Below, in pieces: positions 42,601 to 46,866 of a stretch of 46,866 bases of DNA. The stretch covers positions 1 to 46,866 of the forward strand of contig CAZTRJ010000003.1 of NCBI GenBank assembly GCA_964616615.1. The letters are read 5' to 3'. The DNA is from an uncultured Dehalococcoidales bacterium. Lineage in GTDB: Bacteria; Chloroflexota; Dehalococcoidia; Dehalococcoidales; DAOVUZ01. Under the pieces are notes generated by a model, which saw only the letters and a list, made by a program, of their open reading frames with translations, did not search any database and was not told the origin of the DNA. The stretch's first letter is position 1, and each line of letters opens with the position of its first letter. A program made the position numbers and the translations under genes.

Positions 42601-43912
42601 CAAGGCTAATGTATTTGGCGTCCTGCCCCCCGATTTCAAAGATAGTATCCACCTCAGGGCACACGAACGCCGCCGCCTTGGCATGGCTGGTAATCTCATT
42701 CCGAACCACATCGGCACCAAAAAACTCCCCCGTCATATAGCGACCGGAACCGGTGGAACCAGCACCCTTGATTACCACGCTATCACCCAATTCCTGAGCC
42801 ACCTCGTAAAGCCCTTTCTTGACTGCTTCAATTGGTCTGCCCGCAGTCATCAGGTAACGCCGTGCCAGAACATTCACATTTCTATCTATCACCACCACAT
42901 TGGTGCTTATTGAACCAATATCCACACCCAGATAGGCTTCAATTTTCTCCGCGGTAGCACGTTTGACCGTCTCGATGCATAGGGGGTAATTATCGCCTTT
43001 GAGCGGAGGTAGGCTGAGGAAATCACACTGGCGCTGGGCAAGGTATTGGCGCATCCGACTAAGGTCGGGAATTTGAGGTAAAGTGGGCTGGCTGGCTGCT
43101 GTTTGTGCTCTCTCCTGTGCCTTCTCACCGGCAACAAGCACGGCACCAATCGCCCCCAGCACCGCAAAATGCTCAGGCACGATGAGCTCATTCTCGCTCA
43201 GATGCATCAAATCGCGGATAGCCCACCTTATGCCTTTGTTGGCGGCAACACCACCCTGAAAGCAAACTGGTTTGCTTAACTTCCGACCTCGAACAATATT
43301 GCCGATAAAGTTGTGCACCATGGCGAAGCATAAGCCGGCAACAATGTCGTGGACCGGGGTGCCAACCTGTTGCAGGTGAATCATATCGGTCTTGGCAAAG
43401 ACACTGCAGCGTCCGGCGATGCGTGGTGGATGAACTGATTTAAACGCCACATCGCCGAACTGCTCAATGGGAATACCCATCCGGGATGCTTGCTGGTCAA
43501 GAAAGGAGCCAGTTCCAGCGGCGCAGGCGCCGTTAAGTGAAAAATCAATAACCCTCGGTGGTCCGCCCTGACCCTCGCTACCAAGCAAGGTCAGCTTAGA
43601 ATCCTCACCCCCAATTTCAATAATCGTTCTGGCTTCAGGATGAAAGCACACCGTGCCCGCTGCCTGGGCAACGATTTCATTTACAAACTGTGCCCCCAGA
43701 AGTTCAGCAATGAGTTTCCCGCCGGTGCCAGTAGCAGCCATAAGCTCAAATCCATCCGTTTCGTATCTCGGCAACACCTCTTCCAGGATGGCAAGAACCG
43801 TCTCCACCGGCTGCCCTTTGGTGCGGACATAGTGCCACTCAATAACACTATCAGCTTCGCCCAGAACCACAACCTTAGCACTAACCGAGCCAACATCAAT
43901 CCCCAGTTTCAT
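39647..43912 (-). CDS. large fusion protein: two BcrAD/BadFG-type (2-hydroxyacyl-CoA dehydratase activase-like) ATPase domains + dehydratase-component-like C-terminal region
   Basis: Two ASKHA repeats (LGIDVGSVSAKVV..EIGGEDSK..CAAGTGSFLD and LGVDIGSISTNVV..EIGGQDAK..CAAGTGSFLE). A Cys cluster CQGCPNRC. A long C-terminal part resembling activase-associated dehydratase-like domains. The start is ATG 43912 or TTG 43924. Confidence 0.7.
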   Translation of the reverse strand: MKLGIDVGSVSAKVVVLGEADSVIEWHYVRTKGQPVETVLAILEEVLPRYETDGFELMAATGTGGKLIAELLGAQFVNEIVAQAAGTVCFHPEARTIIEIGGEDSKLTLLGSEGQGGPPRVIDFSLNGACAAGTGSFLDQQASRMGIPIEQFGDVAFKSVHPPRIAGRCSVFAKTDMIHLQQVGTPVHDIVAGLCFAMVHNFIGNIVRGRKLSKPVCFQGGVAANKGIRWAIRDLMHLSENELIVPEHFAVLGAIGAVLVAGEKAQERAQTAASQPTLPQIPDLSRMRQYLAQRQCDFLSLPPLKGDNYPLCIETVKRATAEKIEAYLGVDIGSISTNVVVIDRNVNVLARRYLMTAGRPIEAVKKGLYEVAQELGDSVVIKGAGSTGSGRYMTGEFFGADVVRNEITSHAKAAAFVCPEVDTIFEIGGQDAKYISLENGTIVDFTMNKVCAAGTGSFLEEQAEKLAINIDEEFGARALASKRPLDLGQRCTVFMESQLNFYKQKGAAKEDLLGGLSYSIVKNYLSKVVEDHRIGNHILFQGGVAFNRAVKAAFESVLGEKVLVPPHHDILGAIGVAMLAMEEMDRSGGRTGFRGFDLRDRKYELSSFECQGCPNRCEIHQVIFGDEAPLFYGSRCGKYDSPKKKQQCQSSTIPRLFDERHQALMGAYPKDSPDSPNGKTVGIVRALFFHELFPLWKAFFTELGFQVVVSDATNRNIIRQGVENVVEEPCFPIKVAHGHVLNLLEKGADFLFLPAQCSMEKLSEDFDRSWNCPLTQGLPFTIRSSIQIGGASRDGGPRVLSPVFYLDRGHRWMRKALFRLGREMGITNRRLLGEAVDAGFAALDSFNQWQQRRGQEVLAQLKPDEKAIVIIGRPYNTCDPGVMLNLPEKLRELGVLAIPLDFLPLKAYAREVTSVHPNMYWKSGQKILAAARMIAADRRLFGLYVTNFSCGPDSYLLKFFTKETEGKPFLTIEIDEHSADVGIITRCEAFLDTIRNARTRGIRKPIIVPSFVPSYANGRTVYVPYMLDHGYVVAAAMRYYRVVAEPLPMADTLTLELGRKYTSGKECYPAIITTGDMVKKALSSDFDPHRAAFFMADARGPCRFGQYNRLHRIVLDELGLEEVPILVLDQSRNYQQHVTRVGSGFKLLAWRGLIIMDLMQKMLLERRPYEVNQGEADAVYQEGMQSLVGIVEEGGGGLELLARRIRNAFDAIEVDKSVRKPRIGLVGEIFTRDNEFANDFIVRKLEALGAECSLPPFEEWLDYIDYERRLEYRFNWQWKRYAKQKLAELVQERAVEQLRRQFDGALEHFGRELPASEIVARGNTYLIDGTGGEAILSLGRAVEYAEHGFNGVVNVIPFGCMPGTVASVLLHQFRSKHGLPVFNLIVDGNRDPGQEIRLEAFYHQCCEHRNRLDKGASASQT

Positions 43913-44075
43913 TGGAAGTCCCAAATAAGCATATTATTCCCCAGATTCTATATTCTTGATTAGCCACCGCCAGCCATCCATCCCCGCTAAAGAATATATA
44001 TTCTTAGCCCCCGACTGTCAAGGCAGGAGTGCTTACCAACCCCCCACCCTTTCAACCCCATTATTACAACTTGGC

Positions 44076-44798
44076 TTAATCCTGCACCTTGATGTGAACA
44101 TAAAGGTCTCCCGGCTGACCATCTAATTTTAATCGGGCTCCCCGGTATCTTACTTTTTGACCGGTCTTAACCCCACGAGGTATGCTTATCCCAATCTTTC
44201 CCTTTCCCCTCTTATACTCCATTCTAAGTCCTTGCTTGGCTTTTTGAGAAGAAATGGCTAGTTGCTCATGTATATCATTGCTACCTTTAGCGGTTCGCCT
44301 AAAAGCTTGCTCGAAAGGCACACCAGCATACTCCCTATAAGCTCCAGGTTCAGCCTCAAATAAACCAGCCAGCACATCTTCTAACGGGGCGCGACCGTGA
44401 AAGGTTTTTCCGTCAGGTCGCTGAGCCCTAAATTCAACTCTGCCCTGTTTACTGGAGAATTCAAAACCATCAAAGATATTTCTAAGAAAGTCAAAACCCA
44501 GCCCGCCTTTACCAAAATCCCTCATTACCCCCTCAAAACCAGCCCGGGTAAAGGGACTGCCAAAAATATCGCCGGTGCCAACCGTACCAACCATATCATA
44601 TTGCTTCCTCTTTTCCGGGTCGCCCAAGACCTCGTAAGCCTCATTTATTTGTTTAAATTTTTCGTTTGCCTCTTTTTCCTTTCCCGGATTGCGGTCAGGG
44701 TGATACTTCATAGCTAGTTTTCGGTAAGCTTTCTTTATTTCAGCCTCGGTAGCATTCTTAGCTACCCCCAGTATCCCATAATAATCTTTTTGGTTCAT
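44076..44798 (-). CDS. J-domain co-chaperone (DnaJ/CbpA-like, no Zn finger)
   Basis: DYYGILGV...[18 protein letters not shown] with the HPD tripeptide. C-terminal [12 protein letters not shown] resembles the DnaJ C-terminal domain. No CxxCxGxG repeats. Confidence 0.8.
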   Translation of the reverse strand: MNQKDYYGILGVAKNATEAEIKKAYRKLAMKYHPDRNPGKEKEANEKFKQINEAYEVLGDPEKRKQYDMVGTVGTGDIFGSPFTRAGFEGVMRDFGKGGLGFDFLRNIFDGFEFSSKQGRVEFRAQRPDGKTFHGRAPLEDVLAGLFEAEPGAYREYAGVPFEQAFRRTAKGSNDIHEQLAISSQKAKQGLRMEYKRGKGKIGISIPRGVKTGQKVRYRGARLKLDGQPGDLYVHIKVQD

Positions 44799-45072
44799 CC
44801 TGAATCCCCCTCTGCCTACATCTTGAAAGTACGCCTATACCGGTGAAGGTTAGCCAGCATCCGCTGACCCTGGTCACGGATTACGACCAGCGGTTCCATC
44901 CGCTCCATAATTTTAACCTCTTGTTGCCTCTGGAGCAAGCAGGGAATCCCCCAATGCCAAACAGCCAAACTAAAATCTAACAACAGGGTTGGGCAAATAG
45001 TGTCGGCTAGTGGTATAATGCCCAAGGGATATAACTTTCTGAATATAAAGACTCTATAGGAGGTATGTAGTA

Positions 45073-45402
45073 ATGAGAGTAATTAAGTATCTTGATGTTG
45101 AACCCACTCAGGAGACACCGGGGGTAGCCAAGCGTGAGGTTATTACTGCTGATGATGGGGCACCAAATTTCTGTATGCGTGTCTTTGATGTCAGGTCAGG
45201 TAGCTCCACCCCGTCTCATTCACACGAGTGGGAACACGAGATATTCATCCTTTCCGGTCAGGGGGTAGCGGTAGGTGAACAGGGAGCAACACCGATAGGC
45301 AAAGAAAATGTTATCTTCATTGCCCCTAATGAGACCCACTGCCTGGTTAATACCGGTAATGAACCCCTCCGCTTTATCTGTCTTATTCCGCTACATCAAT
45401 AG
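45073..45402 (+). CDS. cupin-domain protein
   Basis: Cupin motifs PSHSHEWEHEIFILSGQG and the second motif FIAPNETHCLVNTG. RBS TAGGAGGT. Confidence 0.75.
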   Translation: MRVIKYLDVEPTQETPGVAKREVITADDGAPNFCMRVFDVRSGSSTPSHSHEWEHEIFILSGQGVAVGEQGATPIGKENVIFIAPNETHCLVNTGNEPLRFICLIPLHQ

Positions 45403-45440
45403 AATTTGAGAGCCAGACTATATTGGGGGGGCATATCTCT

Positions 45441-46580
45441 ATGATAACCACATTTCACCTGCCAACGAAAATCATTTTTGGCACGGGAAGCCTTGCCCAG
45501 CTCGGGGTAGAGGCAAGGAGAACAGGACACAAGGCTATCGTGGTCACCGGCTCCAGTAGTATGCACCAAACCGGGGTTCTGGACAGGGTTATCCACGACT
45601 TAAAGGCTAATGGGGTGGATACCGTGACTTTTGATAAAGTGGAGCCTAATCCTCGTGCCTCAACCGTAGATGAGGGAGCCAGGATAGCCAGGGACAGCGG
45701 GATTGACCTGGTTATCGGTCTCGGCGGGGGCAGTGCTATGGATGCTGCTAAAGGAATAGTACTAGCCAGCACCGGCACTGAACCAATCTGGCACTATATT
45801 GAAGCCGAGGTTGAGACAATGGGGAGTGTGCCATCACTTATTCTGGTGCCAACGGTGGCTGCTAGCGGCTCTGAGGCAAATAGTGGAGCAGTAATTACTA
45901 ACTGGGAAACCCATGAGAAGAGCGTGTTAATCAGCCCTCATCTTTTTGCTAAGGTTTCTATTGTTGACCCTGAGCTTACCCTTACCCTGCCGGAAAAGCC
46001 TACGGCGCAGGGAGGGGTAGACATCTTTTGCCATTTAGTAGAGTGTTACCTTACTACCGGAAAACCGTCTCCCCTGACTGATGGCATTATGGAGACAGCG
46101 ATGAGGCTGGTAATAGCATCCTTGCCTCAAGTATTAACCAGGCGGGATGACATTGAAGCTCGCACCCAGCTTTCCTGGACAAGCACCATTGCCTGTTCGC
46201 AATTTGCTACGCTGGGTGGGGGAAACGGTTCTATGACCCTCCACGGCATTGAGCACCCGTTAAGCGGATACTACGACATTGCTCATGGCGATGGCCTGGC
46301 AGCCCTCCTTCCGGCCTGGATGAGGTTCACACTTCCGGTAAAGCAGGAGAGGTTTCAGTCTCTGGGCAGGAATGTCTTTGGTGAAACAGATGGGCTACTG
46401 GCTACGGAGAAGTGGCTGGAAAGGGTGGGAATGAAGCTCCGACTGCGAAATCTTGGCGTTGAGCCCGGGCGTATGGAACAAATGGCAAATTGTGCGGTAA
46501 AAACAGCCGACTGGCTTGAAGAACACCCTAGATTGCTTGATGCCGCACATACCGCCCAAATTTACCAGGATTCTTACTAG
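45441..46580 (+). CDS. iron-containing (group III) alcohol dehydrogenase
   Basis: Fe-ADH pattern: IVVTGSSS, GLGGGSAMDAAK, metal-binding His context (HGIEHPLS, AHGDG). The start is set at ATG 45441 (MITTFHLPTKIIFG). Confidence 0.8.
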   Translation: MITTFHLPTKIIFGTGSLAQLGVEARRTGHKAIVVTGSSSMHQTGVLDRVIHDLKANGVDTVTFDKVEPNPRASTVDEGARIARDSGIDLVIGLGGGSAMDAAKGIVLASTGTEPIWHYIEAEVETMGSVPSLILVPTVAASGSEANSGAVITNWETHEKSVLISPHLFAKVSIVDPELTLTLPEKPTAQGGVDIFCHLVECYLTTGKPSPLTDGIMETAMRLVIASLPQVLTRRDDIEARTQLSWTSTIACSQFATLGGGNGSMTLHGIEHPLSGYYDIAHGDGLAALLPAWMRFTLPVKQERFQSLGRNVFGETDGLLATEKWLERVGMKLRLRNLGVEPGRMEQMANCAVKTADWLEEHPRLLDAAHTAQIYQDSY

Positions 46581-46635
46581 CCTGGAAATAGTAGGCTACT
46601 TATTAAACAGAATTATCAACTTTAGGGTAAAAGGC

Positions 46636-46666
46636 TTGACAAACTTACCAAAGTGTGGTGTAATAT
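46636..46666 (+). promoter_or_regulatory. promoter upstream of 23S rRNA
   Basis: TTGACA (46636-46641) followed, after 17-19 nt, by TGTAAT/TAATAT. Confidence 0.5.
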
Positions 46667-46725
46667 ATCTAGACATGAAGATGGTTGATACATAAATGAA
46701 GTAATGGTGATGTGATAACCAAGCG

Positions 46726-46753
46726 ACGGCTTGGTGGTAAGTCACCAAGCCGT
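46726..46753 (+). promoter_or_regulatory. strong hairpin in the 23S leader
   Basis: ACGGCTTGGTG-GTAAGT-CACCAAGCCGT, a perfect 11-bp stem followed by TTTTGTT. Upstream CCAAGC (46719-46724) can alternatively pair with GCTTGG. Confidence 0.45.
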
Positions 46754-46813
46754 TTTGTTATGTCTACAGCACCTTAACAATTGAATATGAGGACTAATAT
46801 CAAATCTGAAGCA

Positions 46814-46866
46814 GGTCAAGCGGTGAAGGCACATGGTGGATGCCTTGGCATCAAGGGCCGATGAAG
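46814..46866 (+). rRNA. rrl: 23S rRNA, 5' end (partial, runs off the window)
   Basis: GGTCAAGCGGTGAAGGCACATGGTGGATGCCTTGGCATCAAGGGCCGATGAAG matches the universally conserved bacterial 23S 5' start (GGTYAAG...GGTGGATGCCTTGGC...GCCGATGAAGGACG). Confidence 0.85.

Noticed and set aside
44816-45025. 69-aa - strand ORF upstream of the J-domain gene (possible small regulator or chaperone modulator)
   Set aside because: There is no recognisable motif and no clear RBS, and part of it overlaps the divergent promoter region of the cupin gene. Support is insufficient.

Overview
The window looks bacterial, with compact operons, Shine-Dalgarno sites, sigma70-like promoters and a split pylS. It has three themes. 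(1) nt 1150-13610, + strand: two cobalamin-riboswitch-controlled operons for corrinoid uptake and nucleotide-loop assembly (btuFCD, cbiB, cobD, cobT, cobS, cobC, cobU). Four atypical genes are embedded in them. (2) nt 13700-39120, - strand: a large corrinoid-dependent methyltransferase island. It holds four URO-D/MtaA-family methyltransferases and one decayed relic. It also holds an MtrH-like methyltransferase, two B12-binding corrinoid proteins and two reductive activators (RACo-type and RamA-type). Further genes are cobO, a DUF2284-like protein, a G3E GTPase and an Amt-family channel. The key gene is monomethylamine methyltransferase mtmB, which the ORF track splits at an in-frame TAG. (3) Inside that island is a complete pyrrolysine cassette: tRNA-Pyl (CUA), pylSn, pylSc, pylC, pylD and pylB. 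pylB is separated from the rest by a translationally coupled MoxR-type AAA+ ATPase, a VWA/HExxH protein and an unknown protein. That trio is the best candidate for an undescribed accessory module. The right end carries tRNA-Ala, a 1420-aa double BcrAD/BadFG ATPase fusion, a J-domain protein, a cupin, an Fe-ADH and the 5' end of a 23S rRNA with its own promoter. All calls rest on reading the sequence and recalling family motifs; no searches were run.
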